Below, one piece after another: positions 1 through 14,900 of a stretch of 64,000 nucleotides of DNA (positions are counted from its first letter, which is position 1; each line of letters starts with the position of its first letter). A model generated the notes under the pieces. That model did no database searches and was not told the origin of the DNA. It saw nothing but the letters and a program-made list of their open reading frames with translations. The DNA is from Ylistrum balloti. Lineage: Eukaryota. The stretch lies in NCBI RefSeq assembly GCF_031769215.1, contig NW_026782333.1, positions 744,001 through 808,000 on the forward strand, given 5' to 3'. The position numbers and the translations under genes were made by a program.

Positions 1-285
1 TCAAGTTAAATGTAATTTATACAGGTTTAATATCCTACTTTAATATTTGACAGCCAGAGTCGAAAAGTACAAAATGATAACATTTCTATATGTCATGTCT
101 ATTTTTAGATAATTTCAGCTGTGTAAATAAATTATATAATAGTCAAACTTTTCATTATATGTCCTTAAGGATATCTTCTCAAGTTTATGTATTTACACAA
201 GCTTAAATATCTTACTTAAAATATTTCACAGTCACACCTGAAAAGTACAAAATGATAACATTTCTGTATGTCTATATCTAGATAC
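1..285. repeat. Two diverged copies of a ~178-bp unit (intronic; may continue left of the window)
   Basis: 1-100 (tcaagttaaatgt...gaaaagtacaaaatgataacatttctatatgtc) recurs at ~179-280 (tcaagtttatgt...gaaaagtacaaaatgataacatttctgtatgtc). Confidence 0.6.
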
Positions 286-1049
286 AATAAATGGGTAAAT
301 AGGTAATGTTTTGTGAAAATTTTTCATTTTGTGAAACAGTATAGCCAAGTTTGTTATTGAAAAAATTATTATAAATAATTTGCATTTATATTTACTTTTT
401 GAACATGCAAGTTCAGTTTATTTTATATCGGTTATCTTAATAAAACACAAATGTACAAAAAAGTGACTACATGTGATATAGGCTTGTATATAGTGAAATG
501 ATTTTGAGGACAGAAGACATCACAGAATTAACATACTACTTACAAGTATATGATACAATTAAATCATGTGAATGTACAACATAACTGTTAACTACAATAG
601 ACTGCACAAAGAAATATATATATCACTGTATGGCATTCCTTTGATGTATTCTTACCGAAGTCACTTGTGTATTATCAGCTCATGAACTGCCAACAACATA
701 CAGGAATGTGGCAAGTAATGTAGATAGATTGAGGTTGCCTGCCTTTTTAACAAGATGGAGATTGAAAATGATAAATATAGGCATTTAACTGCTTCAATTG
801 GCATTCATAGGCATATGAATGCTTATTGGATAAAGATTACACATTAAATTTGCCCTTATGTTGGCATTCACATGAAATCAATTCCATCCTTGAATTAGTA
901 CAGCAAACATCTATAATGCTGTACACTGCAAAAATGTTTGCTGGGAAACACAAGCTGGAATTGTCTACAGAACATTTTAGATATGTTGGTTATAAATGGG
1001 ACAGATGTTGTTTGATAACATTTTTACAATTTCTGATGTTCTGTTTCAG

Positions 1050-4000
1050 TCTGTTGGCGTGTATAACAGCCCAGAAGGTTCCCTCACTCACTCAGATAGT
1101 CATACATCACTCGACAGTAGTTACCTAAGCAATCAGTAAGTCTTCTCACATAAAATCATTCTTTCTCAAGGAAACTTTGTTCATGTATCTGTAAATTCAG
1201 ATTATGCCCAAGAAGTGATGGAACTGTTAAAAAATGTTAATAATATTTAGTACACATGGACTTTGTTTGTATTTTTAATCCATGAAATTAATTGCTAACA
1301 AAATAGCATTTTTTGAAAAGTTATAAAATCTTAACCCCTCAAAATAGATATAGCAGTGTGTAGATTAATGTCAGACATTTGGTTCTAATGAAATGTGAAT
1401 TTTCTCAAATTGTTTCCTAACCTGTAAGCTCAGCACATAGTTGATGATTTTAACCATTACTGATACAGTAAGGGGGTGTTAAGTAATATTTTAATGATAC
1501 ACTTTTGTAATTCTCTAATGCTTTGTTCTATTCTCCTTTTCAGCGGCGATACATATCCGTTTAGAATGAGATCACATTCCAGACGAAGTATTTCATCTGA
1601 TTCATTTAAAGATGACCGTGGTGAGCACAAAATCATAATGTTTTGTTTATTTTTTGTGTGAAAAATGTTGATCAGATCAAGTAAAAGTTCTCCACCTCTG
1701 TTCAGTTTGGCACAATTCAGAATAAACACATGTACTGGATGTTCTTTTTAAAATATCAGATACATGGAAATTAGGAAATTCATCAAAATACCTCTCCGGC
1801 TAGATTTTAACATTTCTTTTCATCAATTTTTAATTTCTTCATTGGCACCTTGGGTATAAAAATTGTTGTTAATAGCATCACTGACAAGCTGTAGAAGGAC
1901 GAATATCTGTATGATGATTCACTATCTAATTCTACAGTATTAAGATGTGCTATTCACTTGTGTGTCTTTTGTACAGTCTGTAGATGTGATCTGTATTATA
2001 ACCTTTCAAAATTTCATTTTCCATTGAATGCCTTTGAAAGCTTTGCAGTGTCCCTGTATCTGTTTGTATTTAATCTCTGTCGTATATCAGTTGTATACAA
2101 ATAAATACACCTGGCATCAACTATATATATCTACTCTGAAAGGGTTTGATCATAACCAGGCATTATAAAAAAAACTATTAAATTTGATTTTTGTATTATA
2201 CACAATCCTTGACAATTTATTTTTAGTTTCATGATACATGTACTGTATAGTTGTGTAATTTTGTGGTATTAATGTTTTGCATTGACTCTGTTTCGGTTGT
2301 TCACAAGTATTAAATTTTGTGCATGTCTGTGAACTGGTGTCCTGATATACAACTATAACAAATGTTTTCTGGATTTCCGTTCTCTGTAAAATTGTCTGCT
2401 TGGTATTTGAATTAAACAATAACTTTACAGACCACAAATTTAGTAGAATTAAATCCAGGTAACATGACTATCTATGTAGTGATTTCATTTTTGGTTCTAG
2501 ATGAATAACATTGAAGATTTGCTCTTATTTAAAGAAATATGACTTTCCTTCTCTACAGTAACTGATTATAAACCTGTGAAGTCGGGGACATTTCCAAGAG
2601 GATTTGATGTTTCACATGCTCCTGACCTTGATGGCAGGATGACCTTTCCGAGGTCAGGGAATATGTCAGGTCGAAGGCCAGACATTGGTTCCAGTAATTT
2701 TCAGAGTCGGTCCACTATATCTCGGGGAAGTGAAGGAACACTTAGCACAAGTAGTAGTAGTAGTGGCCTACCCCCTGACCCTGATATGGACTCACCTGAG
2801 GGGAGACTCAAACGTGGAAATGACTTGGATAGTCCCATATATAATTATTCAGATTTATCATTTTCTAAGTGTAAGTATTTAAGATGTTTTAAAAGTAATT
2901 CAGTAAGTATAAGTAAAAGATAGATGAATATTATATTATGTAAAGAAAATTTTGACTTTAGTATCATAAAAAATAGAAAACGTTCTTGAACATTTAGATG
3001 CAAATATTGACATCTTTAGTAAAAAGGTTCATTTTATTGTTATGATAATAATAATGCTCTGCTTGTCTATTTTTAGCTCCACGAGCACCTAGTAACTGGA
3101 AGAAAGGTCATCAATTAGGGTCAGGTTCTTTTGGCGAGGTGTTTGTATGTTATGACAAAGACTCTGGTCGAGAGCTTGCAGTCAAACAAGTCAGCTTAAC
3201 ACAAATGAATGCAGAATTATCAAAGGTTTGTCGATACCACTAGTCTGAGAATTCTATTTTATTAGCTGATTTAATTTTGCTATCTGTTAGATAGGTTTTA
3301 AATGTAAATTAAAAATAGACTGTTCATTGCGTTAAAGTTTATTTATAATGAAACAGTTTAAAGTTCATTTACTTTTCAAAGAAAAATGGGATTCCCCAAC
3401 TGAATGTAAACAGATAGGGGTCATCTGTTGGACCATGTAGGTTTTCCTCGGGTACCCAAGTTTTCCCACATTAAAACATCTTTCACACTTTCATACAAGT
3501 CACAAGAGAGCTTAATATAAGCAATTAGCTTGTTTTGCATTTGTTGTAAAAGTGTAAGGTCAATATAAAGAAAAACATGTTTTTCTAAAGTCATTTTTGC
3601 TAACTTAACTATGTTAATACTGTTTTCTAATTGACATCAATTGACATTGCACACTGACTATCAGAAAATTCATGATAACATCATTTTCATGATTTTCTCT
3701 GTTACAAATATATTGTTATCAAAAACTATGTCTCTTTACCATAAACTGCATCTGTTTTTCAGGAGGTGCGAGCATTAGAAAATGAGATCCAGTTATTACG
3801 CAATTTTCAACATGAGCGAATTGTGTCATACTTCGGCTGTCATCAAGATCAAAATCTTCTCTCCATCTTCATGGAATACATGCCTGGAGTAAGCATAAAG
3901 TTCTGGAATATCTAGATTGGATCAATTTCATAGTATCATGAGTTGAAAAGCATTCCTGAAATATATTTGAAAGAGTTCCATTTGAAATATAAGTTAAAGA

Positions 4001-6103
4001 TTGGAAGAAAAAAAATTCTACAATGTATATGTTTAAAAGTTTGAATTATAAGAATGAAGAATTCCTCATTGAAAGAACGAAATTGGCCCACCAGAATCTG
4101 TGTAAATGATGAAAAATTACACTACATGGATGTTATCGGTTCTGATCGCTGTTTCGATCCTGGTAGATTTGGAAAAGCTAATGAAAACATGATGAAGGAA
4201 ATGTTTGATATAGATTGGTGCTCTATAAGGAGGACATCACAGAATTATCTGGTTGTGGAATGATTTAATATGTAGTAAATGAATATTTGATTAGTTGAAA
4301 TCATTCTTTGTCGTCAGTATTCTTTGAAGAAATGTTTTCAGTTTTGTTGGATATAGAGTGTGAAAAACTTTTTTTAAAATTTCTGAGATGAAAAAATTCC
4401 AGCATTAGTAATGACAAGGAAGAAACACAGTTGTTTATTGTTTATTTTCAGGGTTCAATTAAAGATGAGCTGTCCAAGTATGGACCTTTAACGGAAAGCG
4501 TGACTCGGAAGTATACACGTCAGATGCTTGAGGGGCTTGCCTTCCTTCATAAAAATGTCATTGTACATAGAGATATTAAAGGTTAGTATCAACAAGGTTA
4601 ACTATTACAGAGTTCAAAGGTCAGTAGGGAATTATTATAGGGATTGAAGGTCATTACCTTCTAGGCTAATTATTACAGAGTTCATAATTTTGGTATTGAT
4701 CAGAAATTCAAAATGGCTGGCAGATGGCCATCTTGGATTTTATTTATGAAAGTTTGTTGTTGCTTTTTATGGAGAAGAAGCTGATGAATATTTCTTAAAC
4801 TTCACATGTAGGTTCCCTTTGGTACTTAGTTGTGCCCTTTTGATTTGGGACTGGTCAGAAATGAAAATTGCAGACAGATGGCCATCTTTGATATGACACC
4901 TAAAGATCATTGGTGCTATTTCTTGAAGGAATTTTGAAGTTTTATTCAGTGTATGATAAAGAACAAAATTAGATCAAACAATGATTGATGCCCTCTTGGA
5001 TCTCTTGTGCTAATTTGTTCGCTCTTAAGCTTCATGGATTTATATAGCTCTGTATTAGGATTTATCAAGTGTAATTAAATGCTCAAATTGTTTGATTTTG
5101 AAACGAAGAACTTTAATTAACCTTTTCACGTTGAAATTACACAGCAAATATTGTATGAGATGATGATTACAATATGTTTCTGTGTTGAAATATTGTCAGA
5201 TATGAATCCTGCCATGCATAGACAAATCAATTTTTAAGAATTTTTCCTTAGCTTATCTTGCAGAATCTTTGTGGAATCAAACAATTTTCATTTTGTTTTC
5301 TTAGCTGCCAATGTATTACGAGATTTGCAAGGAAATATCAAATTAGCAGATTTTGGGGCCAGTAAGCGGCTCCACACCATATGTAGTGCTACTGGTTTCA
5401 AGTCGTTTGTGGGAACACCTCACTATATGGCACCAGAAGTGATAAATGGAGAGGGATATGGCCGAAAGGCTGATGTGTGGTACGTAAGTTAGATTGTGTG
5501 GCAAAATATCAGTATGATCAGCCAGAAGAAAATAATTTCATCCTTTCAAAATTATTGAATGTTAAGATAAGATTTTAAGTATGAAGGTCATCTTAAGTAG
5601 AACACATGCCAAACAAAAGTATGGACTGTTAGATAATTTGAAGTATATGGTCCCTGGTCCTATTTTGTTATTCAAAAGTCAAAGAAATGTTGCTATCAGT
5701 TCATAGCAATGTACATATAGTGTGATAGATAATTTGTTTATGTAAAGATAGTGTAAACTAAATTATATGTAAAACCTAATTTGTGTACATCAAGTTTATA
5801 TCACCATCTCGCACTCCATACCTTTGGGACAGGACCATATTAATATCATTTTAATTGTTTTTCTCACTTTTCAGGAGCCTGGGCTGTACAGTGGTAGAAA
5901 TGATATCAGGAAAACCACCATGGTCAGAGTTGGAATCCATGGCAGCCATTTATAAAATCGCCACCGCAGAGCGACCAGAATTTGAACTTCCTCAAAGAAC
6001 ATCAGAATTCAGTCGTGAATTTCTACGTTTGACATTTAGACGAAATCCACTTGAACGACCAAGTTCGGAAGACTTGTTACGGCATCGCTTTACAGCTGGC
6101 TGA
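1050..6103 (+). CDS. MAP3K2/MAP3K3: MEKK2/3-type MAP kinase kinase kinase, 5'-partial (last 8 coding exons incl. the whole kinase domain)
   Basis: Exons 1050-1135, 1544-1620, 2559-2870, 3077-3225, 3763-3888, 4452-4581, 5305-5479, 5875-6103; all AG/GT-bounded with matching phases. Translation gives GDTYP (cf. MEKK2/3 GGTYP), [97 protein letters not shown]. These follow the MEKK2/3 kinase domain closely. N-terminal (PB1) exons lie left of the window. Confidence 0.95.
3410..3550 (+). mobile_element. SINE body fragment in a MAP3K intron
   Basis: ggttttcctcgggtacccaagttttccca...ttaatataagc...ttgttttgcatttgttgtaaa resembles the ggttttctccgggtactccggtttcctccca core of invertebrate tRNA-derived SINEs. 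Recognised from memory, not by search. Confidence 0.45.
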
Positions 6104-8214
6104 TAACAATTATTACAACAGTCGAACACTGTCTATCAGGGACAGATAACTCCCTCCAGAAAACCGGTTCATGCCTTGATACCATCCGCTTGTGCACATC
6201 TCTGTAACAGCTCAGTTGTGGTTGTTTTTCAACTACTTGGACGGAAAGTTTCGAATTCTTTATCATCCAAAGATGTGTTTTTTTTGTGCTGACAACCACT
6301 ACTTGGAAATGAACGCCATGCCCATTGAAGTCTTTCATCTTTTTTAAAAGAAAAAAGTGCATCATTTCCAGTTAAGTGTGAAGTGCAGATTGACCACTTG
6401 TCAAAGAATGAATTATGTCACCAAAGTGGTTCTATGGGTATTGTCTTACTTTAGAACCCTTGGTTAAAGAAATAATCGTAAAGGAAAACAATGTGGAAAT
6501 CTTAGCGGAAAAGGTATTAAATATCACTTTTTTTGGGCACAACTGCTCATATCAGATAATGCTATGAATTCTGGAAAACTGGAGTTCGTGGAAAAGCTTG
6601 ACTCCTACAAAAATTGACACACGAGTCAAAGGTTTATTGGCCAGATTTCATCATTGTTATGAAGGAAACAAAATGTGAAGGAAATGTACAGACTCTTCAA
6701 TGGCTCAGATCGAAATAACCTTGGTGTGACCCTCACACTACCTTGTCTCTAACAAACAATGAGGTTCAAAGGGTACACGACTCCTGTTAAATCACATGAA
6801 TTATATATCACACAAGTGGTCAGATTGCTGCTGCAGTCATATACCAAATATTATTTTGAAATTTTTGTCCCAGTGTTTGAAGGAAAAATTTTCAGTATGA
6901 TATGTAAATCTGCAGAATCACATGACCCACATCTATAGAGACTTTCTTCGTAGAAAAATCCTGGAACTTTTCCAGCAAGATGTTTCCTCATTATTGTAAT
7001 CATAGATAATTGTAATATGTTTTTGTAAAACTTTATATTTTACTTTTAGAAAGCCAGTGATAATATTAAGCCTGTTGACCATGTTGAGAAAAGGATTCAA
7101 TTGTGATATCTTTTTGTTTTGAAAGATATTCCTTTCTTTGTAAAACTATCTTTTCACCAAAAAGTACTTCCGGTAGATTATAATGCTTTCCACAAAGATT
7201 CCGTATTGATGTAATAAACAGTGTAAAAGACATTCCTGCTAACATTGAATCAGACCCGGGTCTCCAACAACTGAGCCAACAGTCAGTATAGTGACAGAAC
7301 ACTTAATAGGTTGAAGTCACACCGACCTGCTCCATTTCCATCGAGAATTGTTCTCAAGAACCTGAAATTAATGAGTTACAACTGAAAATCGTGGTTTATA
7401 CGAGAAAAATAGAAATTTAAAGAAATGTTTCTCCTTCTGATCTAACATATTCAATGTTGAAGTGAAAGTGATCGTAGATTGTCACTTTTTTTAACTGGAA
7501 TTATATATAGGGGTCATGTTGATATGGAGTTTGCAGTATTAACTTATTCCTACAAGTATTATATGGAGATAAACTGTAACTGGAAACTCACAGATACCGG
7601 TGGGTCAGCTGTCTAGGGTGTTAGTGCAGGACAATGGTTAAAATCAATTCTCTTTTGAAAGATAAAAAATCAAACCCTACAGATGATCTAATTCAGTTAT
7701 AACAAGCATATTTATTGGCTTAATGGCAACACTATTTGAAACATAACATTTGATTGGCTGGGTTTTTTATTTGATTTTACTCTATACTAGATCAAATTAT
7801 AGAAGATGTTTTAAATGATGTTTCGTACGTTATGGTGAGTTTACCAAGAAAATTGATCTATTTATGAAGTGACTACATATATACATGGAGAAGCAGTTTA
7901 TTTTGATAACCTGTTATTTGATGATAAAAGTTATTCCCACGTATTTTTCTTGATTAAAGATGATTGCAATCATTTTAATGACAACAGGTTTTAATATGTG
8001 AAGTTAGGAGACTAATATAGTGATGTATATGCTGTATAATAAAGTACACCATGTACTCTGTGTATATGTGTAGGTGTATATTGGATGTTAAATTTTAGTG
8101 TACTGCTCCACTGAACAAAGCTAATGTAATTACCAGATTGAAATTGAAATGAAAATTTATTTTGAAAGTAATATTTCCAATTTATCATTAATCTCTCTTG
8201 TTGGGTTAAGGGTT

Positions 8215-8335
8215 TTGATCTTACTTTGTGTGGAAACCTGACAACCCAGAGAAAACCCTTGGGCTATGAAGGCGATCCTAAACCTTTTCACATCTGTTTC
8301 GGGAATCAAACCCTGGGTGCCTTGGTGAAAGGAAG
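8215..8335 (-). mobile_element. SINE 5'/core fragment
   Basis: The plus strand reads ggaaacctgacaacccagagaaaaccc...gggaatcaaaccctggg. Its reverse complement has a B-box-like GGTTTGATTCC and the gggttttctctggg core; same family type as 3410-3550. Confidence 0.45.
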
Positions 8336-8500
8336 GTTAAATTAAATTTTACTGGTAACAGGATTTTAATACATGATTTACTGATACAATTGATTGCCTT
8401 TTTAATGACAAGATGATCTGTTTGTTTTGATTTTTACCCGTTTATGGAGTGAGATTTGTACATCCAAGGAAGAAGTCAGATAATTCGGAGACACATTGTA

Positions 8501-8900
8501 TGTATACCTTCAGTCAATTACCAGGATTTGATTGTGAGTATATATACCTTCAGTCAATTACCAGGATTTGATTGCGAGTATATATACCTTCAGTCAGTTA
8601 CCAGGATTTGATTGTGAGTATATATACCTGCAGTCAGTAACCAGGATTTGATTGCGAGTATATATACCTTCAGTCAATTACCAGGATTTGATTGTGAGTA
8701 TATATACCTGCAGTCAATGGAGGGGATTTGATTGTGAGTATATATACCTGCAGTCAATGGAGGGGATTTGATTGTGAGTATATATACCTGCAGTCAATGG
8801 AGGGGATTTGATTGTGAGTATATATACGTTCAGTCAATTACCAGGATTTGAATGTGAGTATATATACGTTCAGTCAACTGACAAGATTTGATCGTGAGCA
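8501..8900. repeat. 40-bp minisatellite, ~10 copies
   Basis: Unit tatataccttcagtcaattaccaggatttgattgtgagta with exact 40-bp period from 8501; three adjacent copies carry a tggagggg variant. Confidence 0.95.
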
Positions 8901-11900
8901 TCCAGTTTGTTGAGTATGCTGTAAAAAATGTGATAACAAACATTCATATAAATATCTGTGAGTATGTGTGTCGAATCATTGATCATGTGACTGAACATGT
9001 GACTGATCATGTGATAACAAGAAAGTCAGTCATCATGGATAGAGAATCGTCTGTTGATTGTTGAAAGATGTACAAATGTGTACCGTGTCATCATCAATAT
9101 TGACAAGAATTGATAATGCTGTTGTGATATTATTAATTATATATATATACATGATTATATATACATACACAATATATATATATATTATATACATACTGTA
9201 CCTTTAGGAATTTACAATCTTGTACATTACAAAAATGTACATTGACCATTTGAAATCTGCTGTTTTGTAAATAGAATCCCCATCCCCATTATAAGAACTA
9301 TTGCACCAAAACCAATATGAGTTGATGTTGAGTTATCTCCCCATGACACGTCGTGAGGTTCACAGCTGAAGCTGTTATATATGTCTGTGTGTTGTTTAGG
9401 AAATATTTCATGAGGTTCACAAAGTGATGATTGCATGTGTATTGAGGATATAGTGCTAAAATCTTTTTTATAATGTTGGGAAATTAAATTTTTAAAAATT
9501 TTTTAGTACTATGAACATGTTCTAATTCAAATGTTTTGGTAATTGTAATGTATGGAAATTATATGTAATCTTTTCAGGAAACAGCTACTGTTAATTAATA
9601 TTTTTTATGGGCTCAGTTTTTGTGTTTTTTTTTTTAAATTGATTGCTTTGTAGATAAATAGAGCTCGTGAAATCTGCTGATACTAAATAAAAACTTATGT
9701 CAAATCTTTTAATTCAGGACAAATGGCTTTGTTGATATAGAGTACTCATGAAATCAACAAATTAAAAATTGCAACGAAAATTTATGGTTTTTAAGTAAAT
9801 ATTTTGGTTATAGACTTTTTCATAAGAATCAAAAGTAAAACTGCAGTATACAGCCATATGTTCAGCAAAATTTAGGTAGATTGTGTTATGAGAGGATTAT
9901 AGCTGGAGCAAGTTCTGAACTTGTACCTTGTATGTGTGCTTTTGGTTCATGAATCAATTTTTTGAACTGAAATTGTATGAAAGTACACTCTTAATAATAG
10001 ATGATTTTGTTTTAATTACTGTTAAAAGCACTATGAAATGGTCAGTTATAGATTTTTTTCCCAATATTTTCTTTCAACATTTATTTGTTGATATTAAGTT
10101 GAATATGATTTTGTTTCTGCTGAACAAGTTTTCACTAAAATGTTTAAAAAAAAACTGAATAGTTATAATGATGTTAATGTGTTCAGTATCTTGTTTACAA
10201 TACATATATACGTACTGTCAAAATTTATTTCTGTTTTATATCTGTCCTGAATCTTAGAGATTTGTTAAGTATGTATTTGTTCATTACCTTTATGTCTTCC
10301 TGTTTTTATACATTCTTTATTCATCTGTACCAACATGGAGAACCTGTTTCAGAGGTTGAATTCACACTGCTGCCTTACAAAGCATACAAATTTAAAAAAA
10401 AAAAACCTGATTTAGATGTATAAACATACACGGATCAATGATATTGAAAACAAACAAACAGGTGCTTGAAAACAACATAAAATTTCCCATGTTGCTTTTA
10501 TACTCAGTTAGAATTATTTTGTAATTGCTGTTACTACTGATAAGTCTGATCAACACATAACTTTGGACTCCTAGGAAGATGGGCATATTACAAGACAGTT
10601 ATACAGCACTTTTTGGTATTTTCTATTAAAAATGAAAAATATGTTGAGGGACTTTTCCCCAGACATGGAAAAGCCAAATTTTCTTTTGAAGTTTAGGAAA
10701 AAAAAATATTTTAAAATTACAAATTGAAATTATTACTGAATCATAATCCAGGCAAAACTACAAGGTTCAGTGATGTGAAGTTGTTTGAAAAACATTCAAT
10801 TTCAAAATTCCAATTTCATTTCTTTATGATTAAGTTTAAATACAAAAAATTATGCAAAGTTCAGTACCTTTCTTTTAGCTTTAGAATTGATACAGATGTT
10901 GATTCTGTTAACATGTACGAAAACAATTCTGGTTCGTTAGGAAATTGTTTGTTTAATGGTTATTTAAAGTTTACATACAGAAGGAATTAGTCATTCTTTT
11001 GAAACTGCAATAAAGACAGGTGGTTAAGCACATAAAACATAAGGTCAGTTGAGTTAGTCAAAATACTACATGCTGTTTTAAGATTTTAGTGACATCATTC
11101 TCTATAGTCCTTCACTTTGAACTCATGGAAACCTCACCATGGAGTTTAAAGTACACAGAATCTGTATGTTATTCTTCTCACACAAATACCAAAGTTCCAA
11201 AAAAATAAAAAGCAAAATATGTACTTAACTGAAATAGATTCAGATACACATTAACACAAACAGAGACAGTAAGGTAAACAACAGTTAAAATGTTTACTAG
11301 GAGATTTTTGTCATTTATGTACATTTCGTTAATTTCATCCAACAAAACCTCAAGCCAAAATGATAAGTTAGAAATAAAGAATAAACAGCCTAGGACTGTT
11401 GCCATTAAAAAATACATGCTATGGTTATATTTAATAGGTGATAGATTTCTTGAAGAGATGACTTAAGAATTCCGGGAATGGTGACAATCCCGATATGAGG
11501 ATTACCTATGTTGTAACAAGGCAAAGTTAGGGACAAAGTGCTTACTTAGGATTCGTACATGTCTTGGACTGTAAAATGACTTACATATGCAGATAACAGC
11601 TGAACTAAGATTGTCAAGAAATTGACAATTATGATGAGTTTTGACCTCATCATATGGGAATGTTTTGTCTGCATTTTATTTATTTCTGTCTCTCATTATT
11701 CTCCAGATTTGTTTTTCTTTTACAAACTTGTAATGTATTTATTGCTTGTCCTGAACTACATCTGGTGGTTTTAAAACATCATTTTGATAAAGAATTTAAA
11801 ACTCTTCAGTAAAGCTATAAAGCCTATGTGATTGTTGGTAGTAATGAGGATTTGAGGGTTCATCAACAGATTCTGAATCTTTAATATGGTAGCTAGGTGT

Positions 11901-14900
11901 TTGCAGACAGAAAAAAGTAATTGAGATCTTTTCATTATATCTTGGTGATTGAATGGATAGGTGCAATGCTGAGCGATTCAAGCTGAAACCTGCTTTTGTG
12001 CTGTTTCCATTTTAGATTTATCTCCCTTGAATTTAAAACAATTTATGATGTAAAAAAAATACCAGTATTATTTTGTGCCTCTAGGCGATTCTGTTAATAA
12101 ACTAAGGCTAAGTTACTGTTTATAGCATTTATTATGCAGATTCCATATCATAAAAGTCTTCAAATGGATATGCATAACCTATTTCCTAGCAGATAACATG
12201 TCTGTTAAGATGACATGACACATAGAATCTAATCACGAACAATTGTCCTGTTAATGATGAATTAGTGAATGGAAATTAATTTTGAATTCTCTTCAAGGAG
12301 AAGGAGAATGAAAAGGGTAGTGAGTAATATAGAGTGATAGTCTGTGTGGTAATGAATGGATTACGCTAGTTATGAATAAGAATCCTTTTATAAATGTCCA
12401 AGTTTGTGTGTTAGTGTAAGTGACATGTAAAAGATGTTTCTGTCTTTCCTCAGTTTTGTAATTGAAAGCATTTTTGAACACGTAATTTTAGCATAAAAAT
12501 TGATGGAAGGGAGGCAACTTTAAAAAGTGATGATACAGTCGACTTCATCAGACTTAATTTGTTGATGGAAAACTCCAACATCTTATCTGATATTAGCATT
12601 CATAAGTAACAGTGTATCAGTCAAAACAGGGAATTTTCTGTTTCAAAATCAGAGGCAAATGAATAAAGAAATGTGAAATAGCCTTCACATGTTGATCTAC
12701 TTTCAGATAAGTTTCAAAAAGAATTTGGACTAAATTGAATGTCTGTTAATTATTATGAAAATAATGCGTTTTGTATGAATTGATCAGATCTTAATGAAAG
12801 AGAAATTCAATATTTTACTTGTTTCGATCTTTTGACAGGATTGTCTCCCTTTCAGGAAGTTTTGTCACTTGTAACATTTTAAATGAATGTTTGCGTTTTT
12901 ACTGTGTTCATTGTTTAAAACTGGAACCTGTATGTAAATAAATAAATAAATATATATATATACACCACAAAGAGTTGTAAATAGGTATAAAGATTATGTT
13001 ATAAATTTGAACTTTATATATATATATGTATATATATATGCAAATTAGATTGTTTGTCTGATGACTGTCCTATGCTGCCACAGTATGTTATCTTTTAATG
13101 CCTCAAGGGCAGTAATATTTGTTAAACATTAAGCCTGTGTTCCCGATCTCTGAAAAGGTTTGGCAAAATGTTCTATTATCTTAAATGCTTATTAATATTT
13201 AGAGATTTTATGAATAGAACTTTATGAACAACATTTTACTGAAAACTAATTAGATACTGTTGTGTTAATTGTTTTTTTAAACGCTGAAAAATGAAGACAG
13301 GCAAACACCATTTTAAATAATGATTTAAGAATATTTTCTATGTATTTTTAAATTTTTGGATAACATTGGTAGGTACATTTAGGTCACAACATTTGTTTTT
13401 CACATGGAAAGCAATTCTTTTTTTCCTATGGGGTTCCAATTTTTTTTCTCTCTTAAATACGAATTCTTGAACATTTGATACCCCAATCCCCCCAATTTAT
13501 GTAATCAGTACCAGTCTGGCTTTATCAAGAATCCTTTAATATAAGTTTTCCCTGATAATAAGACATTTCTCATACCTTGTGTCTGAGCTAAATAAAGAGG
13601 TTATATTTAAAAGGGAATGACTTTATCTGTTTGCATAAATCGAAAGAACAAAATGCTCACAACCAGATTTGAAATTGCATTTTCCCCCCCATTATGGAAA
13701 ATGAATGTTTCATTAATCAGTTTCATCAAACCAACAGTTCAGAATATATCTTAGTCAAGAAGACAATTTTTTTCGGGCATGAGATGCACAGGTTAATTTT
13801 CTACTGTAGAATCATTTTTAAGTTTCTTTACTTTCTTCACAATTTATATTAGAAAATCTCCTGTTGTTCCTAAGTTTTGTATCTGTTTTCAACTAATCCT
13901 CATTCAAGTTCATAATCATTTTTTAGCCAACATTTCCGCAAATAATTGTCCAGTCTAATGGTATTTATGCTGCATTCTTCCCAGGGGGAAAACACATTAC
14001 CTGCAACTCAATGTCAGGATGTGAGCTTACTACAGGATAGTAAGAAAGTGGGCAAAGAAAAAGCAATTGAAGGCTTATAATAGTTATGTGTGTGGATGGG
14101 CTTATTACCAGGAGGTAATGAGGACCCTGTAGAAGATTAGCCTCGGCTAAACAGATTCTTTAATCCTCATGAAATAAAGTCTATTATTATTATTTTTGTC
14201 ATTATTATTGTGTGATAGACACGTTAAAAACAAAATTGAACAGTGATGAAATAAATAGTAGATGTCAGATAGATACCTCTCACTGATATCGTTCTTTTGT
14301 GTCACGTTCATGATGCCGTGCAAATTATTAAATTGATAAAAATCCAACTGTAACACTGATATTAATTAAATTAGATTTCAGATGATTATCTCAATGTGGT
14401 TTATTACAGTCTTCCATTTGGTACATATCCCTTGTTTTCGACTGGATATTGTGTTCACCAATATTCAAATGAGATGACAGAGCAGTTTTTAATGTCATGA
14501 CCGTTTCATCTTTACCAAATGCAACCTTCCAACATGTGAGAATGTTCTTGAATACTTGACTTTTAAAGTTTTTTTTTTCCTTTTCTCCATATATAACAGA
14601 TAATAATTTAGGGACAAGTCATTTGTGTTTTCATCCTGCACCATTTGTCCTTTTAAATGACTCAGAAATGTGAGGTTTAGCTGAAACACAAATATTTTGT
14701 AATGACTTTGAGGTTATGACCTTGAGAGATCACCAGAGGTGGAGATATTTTATACATGAATTCTGTGATTTTGTTCACATTACGTTACATGTGTAATATT
14801 TAAGTATAGAACTACTTTGAGGTCACAAATACACTGATGTCCAAGTATACTGCCTCTGACTTTGTTCTTATTTTTGTGGACTCTATTGGATTTATCTGAC

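Noticed and set aside
12490-12610. Plus-strand exon-like segment IKIDGREATLKSDDTVDFIRL... with AG/GT ends
   Set aside because: No phase-compatible partner exons or recognisable family found.
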